A stretch of DNA of 64,000 nt from contig CALSPG010000006.1 of the NCBI GenBank assembly GCA_943788175.1, positions 96,001-160,000 on the forward strand. The letters run 5' to 3'. Every line of letters starts with the position of its first letter. The first letter of the stretch is position 1. The notes beneath the pieces were generated by a model. It was not told where the DNA came from and ran no database searches. It was given only the letters and a program-made list of their open reading frames with translations. Positions 1 through 10,792 of the stretch are shown in pieces. This stretch comes from an uncultured bacterium. GTDB lineage: Bacteria > Fidelibacterota > Marinisomatia > Marinisomatales > UBA1611. Position numbers and translations under genes: made by a program.

Positions 1-938
1 CTAGTTGCAATGGTATAGAATAAAATTGCAACTAAAACAGCTTTTTTTGGTGTTATTATCGAGCTAAACCAATTGAAAAGTAGACCAGCAGGGAAACCTA
101 TTAACTGAACAATAATTAATACTGACAACATATCGCTCGCTTCAAAACCCATTGAAAGAGCCAACTTTCCAGCCATTCGTATAATTGTATCCACCCCATC
201 CATGTACAACCAATACGAGAAAAGAAATAAACCAACAATTTTCATTTTCCTAATTTCTTTAAAAGTAGATTTTAACTGCGTCCAACCAAGACTAATTGCG
301 CTGAGTAAAGAAACATTATCCTTATTGTTTGGTTCTGGAATAAAAAGAAAAATTGGAACAGAAAAAATACCCCACCAAACCGCAACGGATACAAAAGATA
401 AACGAATAGCAGTTGTGGCGTCTGGGATTCCAAACCATTGAGGATTTTGATACATTAATATATTAATAATAAATAGTACTCCACCTCCCAAATATCCCAT
501 CGAATAACCAAGAGATGAAACAAAGTCAAATTCTTGCTTTTTAGCAACTGATGGTAACAATGAATCGTAAAAGACATTACTACTAGCAAAACCAATTGCG
601 CCCACGGCATAAAGTATAGCTGCAAGCTGCCAGTCTCCTTGCTCAACAAACCATAATAATGAGGTCGCTAAAATTCCCAAAAATGCAAATGTAAAAAGAA
701 ATTTCTTCTTTGTTGAACCCGTATCAGAGACAGCGCCTAAAAATGGAGCCATCATAGCAACGATTAGTGAGCCAGCTGAATTACTTACTCCAAGATAAAA
801 AGTGCTTTGATCAACTAATTCGGGATTTGACCAGTATTTCTCAAAAAAAATAGGGAAGAAACCAGCCATAACAGTTGTAGCAAAAGCAGAATTTGCCCAA
901 TCATATAATGTCCAGCTTAACACTTTTTTTCTATCCAA
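1..938 (-). CDS. MFS transporter, UMF1/Atg22-like family (3'-truncated by window edge)
   Basis: Not in the ORF track. Manual translation from TTG at 938 gives MDRKKVLSWTLYDWANSAFATTVMAGFFPIFF..., the WxxYDWANSAF signature of UMF1 MFS; a hydrophobic frame continues to the window start. Confidence 0.85.
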   Translation of the reverse strand, partial: MDRKKVLSWTLYDWANSAFATTVMAGFFPIFFEKYWSNPELVDQSTFYLGVSNSAGSLIVAMMAPFLGAVSDTGSTKKKFLFTFAFLGILATSLLWFVEQGDWQLAAILYAVGAIGFASSNVFYDSLLPSVAKKQEFDFVSSLGYSMGYLGGGVLFIINILMYQNPQWFGIPDATTAIRLSFVSVAVWWGIFSVPIFLFIPEPNNKDNVSLLSAISLGWTQLKSTFKEIRKMKIVGLFLFSYWLYMDGVDTIIRMAGKLALSMGFEASDMLSVLIIVQLIGFPAGLLFNWFSSIITPKKAVLVAILFYTIAT

Positions 939-941
939 TGA

Positions 942-2478
942 TTACCACCCTTGCATATATGTTGTTATTCCAGAATATAATTTAAAACCTTCAAAAGTAT
1001 TTTTTGCGTTCAATGTTTTTTTATATCCAAAAACAATGTCAAAATTAAATGGTCCAATTCGATCTTTTGATTTAGAATTTAAAACCCATGTTTCTAAACA
1101 TAAATCCCATCGTTTAGCTTCAGAATCATAACCATCATGGCTTTTCCATCCATCTATCCCAATTACTATCTAAGGAGGTGTAATCATCCCTGAATTTTGA
1201 AAAAGTTAACGATTGAACTTTTAACAAAATACGTTCTTTAACAATTTGGGTTTCATATCCAATAAGAGTGCGAACTATACTCCCTTCTTTAAATTTATAT
1301 GTTTCACCAACCTTGCTAATAATGGAGTCAGGATTTGTGTGAGCACCAGAAAATATATTTAATGGAGTATATAATAATTCCGAGGCACTTGATCCATAAC
1401 TTAAAGAACCATATATACGGCTACTGGTTTCATTTTTCCAATTATAAGCTCCAAAGAGCCCAAGCATTAAGCGAGTAACTCCAGAGCCTATGTTAATTTG
1501 TGAAAATTGTTTTTTTCCCACATCACTAAATGGTTCAATTGTAAACCCAAATGGTATGGAAACAGATACTCGTCCATAGAGTACTCCAGACTTTTTTCCC
1601 ATCCAAGAAGGGTCTCCTTTTAAAAGAGTAGTTATTCCAAATTTTATGTCGCCTATACCTGACGATGAACGAATTGGCTGATCATAATATTTCGCTAGGC
1701 TATCAAAAGTTACCGTGTCACCAGTACTAAAATTTGGTGTCATGAATCTTGGATCAATAAACCCCCTACTGAAGGGGTCATCTTTTGCATATAATACCCA
1801 TGCAACGCTGTGCTCACCATCTATTGTATATAAATCATTATAAATATTTTGCAACGTGTCCCTTGTACTAGTGGGTAACGTTAAAAATGAGGATGTTTGA
1901 AAAAAAGAATCAAGTTTTGTTTTTGCACTTATATGATAATCAATAATTTCATCTGCGCCGTAAATACGGTCAATATTTGAAGAGACCCTGTAAGCCTCTT
2001 TTAATGAACTGATATTAGGAATCTCAACGCTTAACATTAAATCATTTGAAATACCATAATCTAACTTAATTATACTACCAACTTCTTTTTGCTTTCTATT
2101 TTCTGAAAAAACACCATTTGATAAAACTGCTCTGGATGTATCAAAATAACCTGCATTAAAATCTGGCAGATTTTGTTCATAATTAATATTAAAGATTTTT
2201 AAAAATGATTCAGTAGTGACAGATTCGCCTAATTCATTAGATCCAATATGAAATAAATCATTTGAGCTATTATAAAACCCAAATGCATTTTTCTTTGAAT
2301 CATTAAAATATGCATGACTAATTCCGTGCATACTAAATTTTTGATTACGTAAGCTTAATTCCTGAGAGCTATTATAATTTTGAATAGTCACTCTGAATAT
2401 GTTCGCTGGAACAGTAGGTAAAACTTGTCCTAAACAAAAAGACATAATCAATACTAGGGAAAAGTGCTTCAATATCAA
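942..2478 (-). CDS. Putative outer-membrane beta-barrel/exported protein, interrupted by an apparent +1 frameshift near 1143
   Basis: 447-aa ORF 1135-2478 has a signal peptide and a GIGDI strand motif. After the AAAA run at 1142-1145 the +1 frame continues for 66 codons to ...LYSGITTYMQGW* (stop 942-944), with a terminal aromatic residue, and abuts the next gene. Confidence 0.6.
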
Positions 2479-3776
2479 TACAAAAGAAATTTGTTTCTAA
2501 ATTTACTAAACTCAATTTCATCGTGCATGTATTGTGGGGAGAAATAAGATGGAGGTTTTTTTTGAGCTATGAAGACCCTTAATTGATTGGATCCAAAAAG
2601 CTTGTCGATATAACCGTTCGCCGCCCATCTAAATTCTCTAGGATGAAGCCGCTCTATCAAAGCTATAATTGATGTCGCAGTCTCCACTGGTTTTACTTTA
2701 GTCTTATCATTTACAATAATTTTTATACCGCTGCAAGCTTTACCATTATACTTAGGTATCCTATTGTTAAAAATTGAACCTTTTGGACGATACTCTATTT
2801 CTTCAAAACTAAGTCCAGGCAATTCTAGCATATCTAGTTTTTCTTTAAAAAAAGCTGCTGCTAACCATGGAGCTCCAAAAACCAAATAAGGTGAGTCTGT
2901 TCCAAACCCCACATTTATATTTGTACCTCTTAATAAATCCATGCCTGAATACATTAATAAAGAATTCATATTATAAATATAAGGAGCTGGTTTATTCCAA
3001 GGAAGTTTAGTATCATCTAAGTAATTGCTTCTATCCCAATTGACTACAGGAATAATACTTAATTGTACTCTTTTTAAATCTTTGACCCACCCCATTTCAT
3101 TTACCATTAATAATATTTCACCTATGGTCATACCATGTCTTATGGGTAAAAGGTGATAGGCTTCAAAAGATTGATAATTTGGTCTAGGAAGAGGACCTTC
3201 AATTATTACACCCCCAACAGGATTTGGCCTATCTAAAATAATTATTGGAATTTTATGTTTACTCGCAGATTCAAATAACTTTGAAATCGAAGCAATGAAA
3301 GTTGTATATCTTGCTCCAGTGTCTTGGATATCAACTACAATTAAATCTAGATCTTTTAATACCCAATCGGGAGGATATAAACTGCGTTCAAGTAAATTAA
3401 ATACTTTAGCCCCAGAAACAGGGTCGATCCTTTCATTGCCGAGCAACTTTGCTCTTTTGTCATCCATGCCCCAAATACCATGTTCCGGCTCAAATATTGC
3501 TTTAACAAAAATATTTGGATTTTTACCAATTAAATCTAGAATGTGATTATCATTTCTATTTACAGCAGTGTGATTACAAAAAATTCCAATTTTTTTATTA
3601 ATCAAAAATTTGAAATCCATTTGTTCTAGAATATCAAGACCTGTGTATATGTCATCAAAAAATGAAAGGTCAGGAACAGAAACAATTGAAGTATAATCAA
3701 ATTTTTCTGTTTGAGCTGAAACTATACTTAAGCTAATTAAAATGCTTAATGAACCAATAATTGATATTTTTCTTAT
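2475..3776 (-). CDS. namZ: Exo-beta-N-acetylmuramidase NamZ / DUF1343 (YbbC) family, exported
   Basis: Motifs PEHG, DIQDTGARYTTFI, LDRPNP, RHGMTIGE. The frame is open upstream of the ATG at 3620 and encodes TGLDIL and a signal peptide; probable start is ATA at 3776. Confidence 0.8.
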   Translation of the reverse strand: MRKISIIGSLSILISLSIVSAQTEKFDYTSIVSVPDLSFFDDIYTGLDILEQMDFKFLINKKIGIFCNHTAVNRNDNHILDLIGKNPNIFVKAIFEPEHGIWGMDDKRAKLLGNERIDPVSGAKVFNLLERSLYPPDWVLKDLDLIVVDIQDTGARYTTFIASISKLFESASKHKIPIIILDRPNPVGGVIIEGPLPRPNYQSFEAYHLLPIRHGMTIGEILLMVNEMGWVKDLKRVQLSIIPVVNWDRSNYLDDTKLPWNKPAPYIYNMNSLLMYSGMDLLRGTNINVGFGTDSPYLVFGAPWLAAAFFKEKLDMLELPGLSFEEIEYRPKGSIFNNRIPKYNGKACSGIKIIVNDKTKVKPVETATSIIALIERLHPREFRWAANGYIDKLFGSNQLRVFIAQKKPPSYFSPQYMHDEIEFSKFRNKFLLY

Positions 3777-5203
3777 CTCGCGGATAATAGCTTATTTTCT
3801 TTTGTAACGAAAAGCCCAAGACAAACAAGCAGAGCATTAACTATTAGAATTTCAAACCCAATTGAATAATAAGTTTGAATTATATAGCTTAGAGCTGGAG
3901 CAATAATTGCGATATAGGGAACAAGCTTATCATTCACGTTATATGAAGTAAAAAGTCCAAAGAAATATAGACCTAGAAGTGGACCATAGGTGTACCCAGC
4001 CACACTAAATATAGAACTAATGATACTTTGGTCATTGATAGCATGTAAAGTCAATATTACAACCAAAATGATAATTGAAAATAATAAATGAATATATTTT
4101 CTTCTTATAATACTTGATGAATCTTTAATATCAATTTCTAAAATGTCCACACAAAAAGAAGTTGTTAATGAAGTCAATGCAGAATCAGCGCTTGAGTAAG
4201 CAGCTGCAATTAAACCTAAAATAAAAATTAGTATTATAGGAAATCCTAAAGTCTCGCTTAAAACAACAGCTGGAAATAAATCATCCGGTTTTGAAAAATT
4301 GATTCCATATTTCCCGGCAATCGAATAAAGCAATGCACCTAGACATAAAAACAATAGGTTTACAATGACCAAGCTAAGGCTAAAGTACATCATATTTTTT
4401 TGAGCTTCTTTAATATTTCTACAACTTAGATTTTTTTGCATCATATCTTGATCTAAACCAGTCATAACTATTGCTATAAATGCACCAGTAAAAAACCGTC
4501 GCAAGAAATGTTGGTCACCTTCCCAAAAAAATATTTTTGAATAGTCACTTTCAATGATAAAAGGAAAGATACTTGCATAGTTTAAACCAAGATCTTTTCC
4601 GATTAGGTAAACAGAGAGAGCCAACGCAAGTAACATAAAAAAAGTTTGAAGCGTATCTGTCCAAATAATAGTTTTTATTCCACCCCTAAAAGTGTAAAAC
4701 CATATTAGTAAAATTGTTATTGATACAGTAAGAAAAAACGGGACACCCCAACTTTGAAATACACTTAAGTGTAGAACCCTCGCAACAATGTAAAGCCGAA
4801 ATGATGCTCCAATAGTTCGAGAAATAATAAAAAAAATAGAACCGGTTTTGTAAGAAGCTAATCCAAACCTATCACTAAGGTAAGTGTATATTGAGGTTAG
4901 GTTAAGCCTATAATAGAGTGGCATTAATACTGCTCCTATGAAAGCATATCCTAATAAGTAACCAAATACCATCTGCATGTAACTAAACTGACTTGATTCT
5001 ACCCAACCAGGAACAGAAATAAAAGTAACGCCCGATAATGAAGTACCTATCATTCCAAATGCTACTATGTACCATGGAGATGATTTATTACCTAAAAAAA
5101 ATGATTCATTGGTATCATTTTTCCCTGTAGACCAAGATATAGTAGATAGAACTAAAAAATAAAGAATGATGCAAACAACAATGTAGATAGAGTTCATTAG
5201 CAA
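3773..5203 (-). CDS. Sodium:solute symporter (SSS family)
   Basis: GMIGTSLSGVTFISVPG, GLDQDMMQKNLSC, AAAYSSADSAL; ~13 hydrophobic segments. Confidence 0.9.
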   Translation of the reverse strand: MLMNSIYIVVCIILYFLVLSTISWSTGKNDTNESFFLGNKSSPWYIVAFGMIGTSLSGVTFISVPGWVESSQFSYMQMVFGYLLGYAFIGAVLMPLYYRLNLTSIYTYLSDRFGLASYKTGSIFFIISRTIGASFRLYIVARVLHLSVFQSWGVPFFLTVSITILLIWFYTFRGGIKTIIWTDTLQTFFMLLALALSVYLIGKDLGLNYASIFPFIIESDYSKIFFWEGDQHFLRRFFTGAFIAIVMTGLDQDMMQKNLSCRNIKEAQKNMMYFSLSLVIVNLLFLCLGALLYSIAGKYGINFSKPDDLFPAVVLSETLGFPIILIFILGLIAAAYSSADSALTSLTTSFCVDILEIDIKDSSSIIRRKYIHLLFSIIILVVILTLHAINDQSIISSIFSVAGYTYGPLLGLYFFGLFTSYNVNDKLVPYIAIIAPALSYIIQTYYSIGFEILIVNALLVCLGLFVTKENKLLSAR

Positions 5204-5302
5204 TAATAAAATTTGTTATTGAAGTATTTGAATATATTATGTTTCATTTTATGAAATTAATTTTTTCTTGCATAAAACAAAATAATACACCAGTTTTTGT
5301 AC

Positions 5303-6832
5303 ATGTCAAAAGAAAAAGAACCAGGGGGCGGTTTTGATAAAACCACTGATTTTAAGTGGTTTGGAATTGGTCTCCTTGTCTTTGTAATAATCTGGGCTAT
5401 GCCAACGCCTGATTCAATGATGGATAAAGCGCAAGAATTATTTAGTGATTTAACTCCTGATCAAATCACTGCCAAAGCATTCAATATGAAAATTATTATA
5501 GCATTGTTAGGCTGCTGTACAGTTTTTTTTGCTACAGAAGCTTTGCCAATGCCAGCAGTCGCACTTTTTATTGGTCTTGTTCAACTATTTTTCGGTATAA
5601 CAGAGCCAAAAAATGTCGTAGCGACTTACGCACATGATGCAGTCTGGTTTATAGCCGGGTCTTTAGCGATGGGTGCAACAATGGTTAAATATGGCCTAGA
5701 TAAACGAATCGGTATGTTAGTAATGAATTTATCTGGTACAAAAGTTAGGAATGTTGTACTTGGGATATTAGTAGGCACTGCAATACCATCTGCTTTCATT
5801 AGTGAGGCATCAATTGCTCCAATGTTTTTGCCGATAGCCATGGCTTTATACACTTTAACAAGTAAGAAGATTGGCGACGCACCTCAATTAGGGAAGCTTT
5901 TGATGATGTCAATTGCAATAGGATGCATGGTCGGTGCTCCTATGAGTCCTACTGGTGGTGCAAGAAACGCTATTATGATAGGATTTTTAGGTAATCTAGG
6001 CCCAGAATATGAAATTAGTTTTATGCAGTGGATGATATTAGGATCGTTTTATACATTTTTTCTTGGGTTATTTTTTGCATTTTTACTACCTTTGTTATAT
6101 AAACCTGAAGTCGATGATTTATCTGATGCCGTTAATACATTAAGAGAAGATTTAAAAAAACATGGCAAAATGACTAGAGAACAATGGCTAGTTAGTGGCA
6201 TTGCTTTACTTATGATAATAGCTTGGATAACAGACAAAGATTTGATTGCTCCTCTTCTTGGTTTTCCACTTGGTTTAGGCGGTGTTGCCATGACTGGGAC
6301 TGTATTGTTTATGTTACTTGGTTTAACCTCATGGTCTGATTATGAAAAAAATATTAGTTGGGGTGTAATTGTTTTATATGCTGGTGCAATTAGCTTAGGA
6401 GCTGTTTTCAAATCAAGTGGAGCTGCAAAATGGCTTGCAGACAGTTTAATAGATATTTTAACTACATTTAACATACAGGAAGGTCTTCCTCTCGCAATCT
6501 TGGTTGCTGTAATTGGAGCATTAATGACAAATTTAATGAGTGCTGGTGCAACAGTGGCGGTAATTGGACCAGTAGTTCTTGAAATGGCGGTAAGCTCAGG
6601 AACAAATCCGATAATTGTTGGCGTGGCTCTAGCAATTGCGACGTCAATGGCATTTTGGCTAGTTATCGGAACTCCAGCCAGTTCTGTTGTTTATTCAGCA
6701 GGACTACTAGATGCAAAAGACTTTATAAGAATGGCAACTTTTGCTTGGCCGGCTGCCTTGATTATTATGATAGTAATGATCACATTTTACTGGGTAGGAC
6801 TTGGACTTCAACCAATAATGATCGGAAATTAA
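5303..6832 (+). CDS. DASS/SLC13 family Na+:dicarboxylate or sulfate symporter
   Basis: TEALPMP, SPTGGARNAI, ISWGVIVLYAGAISLG, IGTPAS; ATG at 5303 preferred over TTG at 5297. Confidence 0.85.
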   Translation: MSKEKEPGGGFDKTTDFKWFGIGLLVFVIIWAMPTPDSMMDKAQELFSDLTPDQITAKAFNMKIIIALLGCCTVFFATEALPMPAVALFIGLVQLFFGITEPKNVVATYAHDAVWFIAGSLAMGATMVKYGLDKRIGMLVMNLSGTKVRNVVLGILVGTAIPSAFISEASIAPMFLPIAMALYTLTSKKIGDAPQLGKLLMMSIAIGCMVGAPMSPTGGARNAIMIGFLGNLGPEYEISFMQWMILGSFYTFFLGLFFAFLLPLLYKPEVDDLSDAVNTLREDLKKHGKMTREQWLVSGIALLMIIAWITDKDLIAPLLGFPLGLGGVAMTGTVLFMLLGLTSWSDYEKNISWGVIVLYAGAISLGAVFKSSGAAKWLADSLIDILTTFNIQEGLPLAILVAVIGALMTNLMSAGATVAVIGPVVLEMAVSSGTNPIIVGVALAIATSMAFWLVIGTPASSVVYSAGLLDAKDFIRMATFAWPAALIIMIVMITFYWVGLGLQPIMIGN

Positions 6833-6835
6833 CAA

Positions 6836-7165
6836 ATGGACAGCGGTATCTTACTTATAATTGCCCTTATCATCATTGGTTTTGCGATAACATGGAGCAA
6901 CCAAGGTCAAATCAAAGAAGTTGAATCACGTCAATCAGAATTTGCAAAAAAAAGAGATGAAATAGCTGACCATGATAACCAAAGTGAAATTGAAGTTGAT
7001 GAGCAGCGAAATGAAATGTTGAAGACATTAGATGAATCAATAAAAGATAATCAAGAGCAACTGGATAAAATCAAAGATATCATAAATGATTGGGCTAATA
7101 TGAAAATAAAATCTTTTAAAAATAGAAGATCATGGGTACGTAACCCTGATGAAGATCATGTATAA
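6836..7165 (+). CDS. Hypothetical protein, N-terminal membrane anchor plus coiled coil
   Basis: 109-aa ORF 3 nt after the DASS stop; hydrophobic N-terminus, charged helical remainder. Confidence 0.65.
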   Translation: MDSGILLIIALIIIGFAITWSNQGQIKEVESRQSEFAKKRDEIADHDNQSEIEVDEQRNEMLKTLDESIKDNQEQLDKIKDIINDWANMKIKSFKNRRSWVRNPDEDHV

Positions 7166-7167
7166 TA

Positions 7168-7809
7168 TTATTCGACAAAAATAATATTATTGGGTTCGTT
7201 TCGATTATCCCAAACATCAAATTTTTTCATCATATTATTAAAAATATCTAGTTGTACTAATTGCTCAAGCCATTTTGACAAATTGACAAATATTTCATTA
7301 AACCTGTTTATGTCTACATTAGAAAATTGTCGAATAAAAGGTAGTAAGGCAATATCGCCTAAAGAAATTTGATTACCAAAAAGATTATCAGAACGCTCTA
7401 ATATTCTTTCATAATTATCTAATATTTTTTCACACTCCGAACGATAAAAACTTTTTTTATAATCAGGGTACCTAACATGATATTTATATTTATCTAACCA
7501 TTTTTTAAAATGAAAGTCATTCACAAAAATAGCTTCTAATTGCTTTTCTTTTGAATTATGAAACCATTTTTTAGGATCATTTAAAGAAATAGCCCATTGC
7601 ATTATCTCAAAACTTTCATCAATTACTTTGCCTGTTTGCAGTTCTAAAACTGGCACTGTCCCTTTAGATGATATATTGTAAAGTTCTCTTGGCCGATTTT
7701 TTAATGAGATTTCTCGATGTTCATAATTTATTTTTGAATAGTACATCGCTAAACGAGCTCTCATTGCATAAGGACATCGGCGGAAAGTATATAAGACAGG
7801 TAGATTCAA
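7168..7809 (-). CDS. Glutathione S-transferase family protein
   Basis: LYTFRRCPYAMRAR, KGTVPVL, DESFEIM, DIALLPFIRQF. Confidence 0.9.
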   Translation of the reverse strand: MNLPVLYTFRRCPYAMRARLAMYYSKINYEHREISLKNRPRELYNISSKGTVPVLELQTGKVIDESFEIMQWAISLNDPKKWFHNSKEKQLEAIFVNDFHFKKWLDKYKYHVRYPDYKKSFYRSECEKILDNYERILERSDNLFGNQISLGDIALLPFIRQFSNVDINRFNEIFVNLSKWLEQLVQLDIFNNMMKKFDVWDNRNEPNNIIFVE

Positions 7810-8837
7810 TTATCAATTGCTGAAAATTGTGGACTTTTAAAGTACCGTCTTTTATCAGGCGTATTTTGGTTCTTTCTAAGCTCTTTTTGAGTTTCAATTG
7901 GTAAAGAGGCTATCTCTTTGCATTTATCTGAGCAACAGCCATTTAAATCACGCTCGCATTCTTCACATTGTATAAATAATATATGACAGGCATCATTTTT
8001 ACAATCTCGATGGATGTCAGAAGATTTATTACATATGTGACAGTTTGATATAATATCATCTGAAACACGTTCTCCAAGTCTAGCATCAAACACAAAATTC
8101 TTCCCAACAAATTTAGATTTCATTCCGTATTTTTTTATATCATGTGCATATTGGATTATACCACCTTGTAATTGCTTTACATCTTTTATACCTTCATTTA
8201 TTAAAAATGAGCTCGCCTTTTCACAACGTATACCTCCAGTACAATAAAGTAGAACTTGGTGATGTTCTCTTCCATTTAGCATTCTCCTTACTTCAGGTAA
8301 TAATTCTTTTGATTTATCTACTTGCGGTATCTCAGCATTCTTGAATTTCCCAACCTCACTTTCATATATATTACGCATGTCAATTATAGTTGTTTGTTCT
8401 TGATTTAGAGCACGATTAAATTGATCAGTAGTTAAATGTTTACCAATTATTTTCATATTATATTCATTTTTCGGAATGCCGTATGCAACTATTTCTTTTT
8501 TTACTTTAATTACTAATTTATAAAATGATATACCTTCACTAATCGCTTTTTTGATTTGAATATCAGATAATTCACCTATTTCGCTTATTCTTTTTAAAAA
8601 ATTAACCCAATTATGACTTGGTACACTTATTTGAGCATTTATACCTTCATCTGCGACATATATCCTACCAAAAATATTCAAAGTATAAAAAACAGAATAA
8701 AGAGTATCTCTAAAATTGGTTGGGCTATTGATTTTTATATAATTATAAAATGAACATGTAATACGATTGAATGTTTCAGCCTCTAGATTTTCTATAAGCA
8801 TTTCTTTACTTTTCTGATTATATAATTTTTTAATCAT
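7806..8837 (-). CDS. trhO: Rhodanese-domain tRNA U34 hydroxylase TrhO (YceA/UPF0176)
   Basis: GRIYVADEGINAQ, DMRNIYESEVGKF, YCTGGIRCEKAS, GKNFVFDAR, C-terminal Cys cluster. Confidence 0.9.
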   Translation of the reverse strand: MIKKLYNQKSKEMLIENLEAETFNRITCSFYNYIKINSPTNFRDTLYSVFYTLNIFGRIYVADEGINAQISVPSHNWVNFLKRISEIGELSDIQIKKAISEGISFYKLVIKVKKEIVAYGIPKNEYNMKIIGKHLTTDQFNRALNQEQTTIIDMRNIYESEVGKFKNAEIPQVDKSKELLPEVRRMLNGREHHQVLLYCTGGIRCEKASSFLINEGIKDVKQLQGGIIQYAHDIKKYGMKSKFVGKNFVFDARLGERVSDDIISNCHICNKSSDIHRDCKNDACHILFIQCEECERDLNGCCSDKCKEIASLPIETQKELRKNQNTPDKRRYFKSPQFSAIDN

Positions 8838-8840
8838 ATT

Positions 8841-9971
8841 TTATTGATTTAAATAAATATATTTTGTCCTACCACCAATAGCTGTAAGCAAAACATAAGC
8901 AGTACTATTTATATTTTCAGCAATGGTTTCAACTTTAATTTGACCAAATTCATTCTCACCAAAAAATAAAACATCCTCACCAACGATTGGAATTGTTTTC
9001 CCAAAATCTATCATTAATTGATCCATGCAAACTCGTCCTGCAATTTTATAGTTTTTACCTTTATAATTAACATATCCATCTTGGTACCAAGGACGCGGGA
9101 AACCATCGGCAAAACCAGTTTGGATAACGCCTATATTAGTTTCAGAAGTACTTTTATAAACACCACCGTAACTAATATGCGTTCCTTTTTTTACTTTCCT
9201 AACATTTACTATGCTACCGTAAAAACTCATCACGGGTTTTATTCCAATGTTGTCTTTTACTTCATTAGAAGGCAAGGCACCGTACAACAACATACCTACA
9301 CGAACCATATTAAAATACGAATCTTTGATATTGATAATAGCTCCGCTATTTGAACAGTGTATATTCTTAAATTTAATTCCATATTCGTGAGCCTTTTCAA
9401 TCACTGTCTTAAAATTTTTCAACTGCTTAGTGGCATAAGACAAGTCCCCTTCATCTGCAGTAGCAAAATGCGTGTACACGCCTTCAAGACATGTGACTAT
9501 ATTTTTATTAAGATTACCATATATCAGACTAGCATCTTTAAGATTAAATCCCAAACGAGTCATACCTGTATCAAATTTTAAATGATATCTAGGGCAAGCG
9601 CCATTTAACAAAAAGTAAGAATTAATTTCATCTATATCTTCAATAGTAGAAATATTTAAAATAATATTATTTTCATGCGCTGACTTAATATATTGTGATT
9701 GCATCCTCGAAAACACTAGTATGTCATTTTGTATATTTGCATCTCGAAGTTCAAGAGCTTCTTCAAATGAAAAAACCGCAAATTGCACATTTTCAATATT
9801 TTCGATTGATTTAGCAATCTGAACTGCCCCGTGGCCATAACCATTAGCTTTAATGACGCAGAGAAGTTTTCTACCACCAATCCTTTTCTTAATAGCTGAC
9901 AAGTTTGAACGGCAAATATCTAAATTAATATAAGCTTTTGGGCCAATTATTTTATTTTTTTTAATATTCAA
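8841..9971 (-). CDS. alr: Alanine racemase
   Basis: VIKANGYGHG (PLP Lys), HLKFDTGMTRLG, GRVCMDQ. Confidence 0.95.
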   Translation of the reverse strand: MNIKKNKIIGPKAYINLDICRSNLSAIKKRIGGRKLLCVIKANGYGHGAVQIAKSIENIENVQFAVFSFEEALELRDANIQNDILVFSRMQSQYIKSAHENNIILNISTIEDIDEINSYFLLNGACPRYHLKFDTGMTRLGFNLKDASLIYGNLNKNIVTCLEGVYTHFATADEGDLSYATKQLKNFKTVIEKAHEYGIKFKNIHCSNSGAIINIKDSYFNMVRVGMLLYGALPSNEVKDNIGIKPVMSFYGSIVNVRKVKKGTHISYGGVYKSTSETNIGVIQTGFADGFPRPWYQDGYVNYKGKNYKIAGRVCMDQLMIDFGKTIPIVGEDVLFFGENEFGQIKVETIAENINSTAYVLLTAIGGRTKYIYLNQ

Positions 9972-10042
9972 GATAAACAGGCTAAATAATTATATCATAT
10001 TTTCAAAAAATTAAAAACAAACTAAATAATAAAAACGTTAAT

Positions 10043-10792
10043 TTATTGTTTAAGTTTATTTTTTATGAGGATTGAATTTATAAACAATAGTAAAAAGCTA
10101 GAAAGGACTGGAATAATGGTAAAAGCCCAATCAATAAATCCACTAAACAAATAAGATTGCATTGATTTAATACACATTACCAAAGGCAAGAAAGATAAAA
10201 TACTATTTATTGTTGGCGGATAAAAATCAAGACTAATAAGCAGACTACTTCCAAAAAATATAAAAAATATAAAGCCAAATAAAGAAATGAATAGAGTAGA
10301 TAATTTATCCGAAATAATAGAAACAGTTATAAAGATATTTGCTAATAAAAATGTGTAAATACAAAAATAAAAAATAAACCCAAATGTTTGAATAATCCCA
10401 AGGGGATAAGGAATAATTGCTGAAAACAATATAGCTGAAAACAATCCAAAACTTAAACTTTCAACAACAGCAACAATTGAAAAACTAAAAATCATATATT
10501 TTTTTGAATAAGGAGTTAAAGACAAATAAGATAAAACTTTATTATGAACTCTCAAATCAAAAAGGTCTCTAAATATGGATGGCAAAATAGCTAACCCTGT
10601 AACTAAAAAAATCATGCTTGGATATATCCATATATCAAAGGATATATCATATAAACCAATTGAAGGTATTTTTCTAAATGCTAAATTTGTAAAAATAAAA
10701 ACTGTCAATGGGAACAGAAATAAAATTACTAAACTCGAAGTTAAATTATTACCTAGCAACCAGAGTCTCCTTGATAAAAGTGCTTTTATCAA
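10043..10792 (-). CDS. ABC-2 type transporter permease
   Basis: ~6 TM helices; overlaps the stop of the ABC ATPase gene (ATGA-type coupling). Confidence 0.75.
   Translation of the reverse strand: MIKALLSRRLWLLGNNLTSSLVILFLFPLTVFIFTNLAFRKIPSIGLYDISFDIWIYPSMIFLVTGLAILPSIFRDLFDLRVHNKVLSYLSLTPYSKKYMIFSFSIVAVVESLSFGLFSAILFSAIIPYPLGIIQTFGFIFYFCIYTFLLANIFITVSIISDKLSTLFISLFGFIFFIFFGSSLLISLDFYPPTINSILSFLPLVMCIKSMQSYLFSGFIDWAFTIIPVLSSFLLLFINSILIKNKLKQ

Noticed and set aside
202-649. Short ORFs 202-441 (+) and 455-649 (-)
   Set aside because: Shadow or off-frame ORFs inside the MFS transporter gene that runs off the window start
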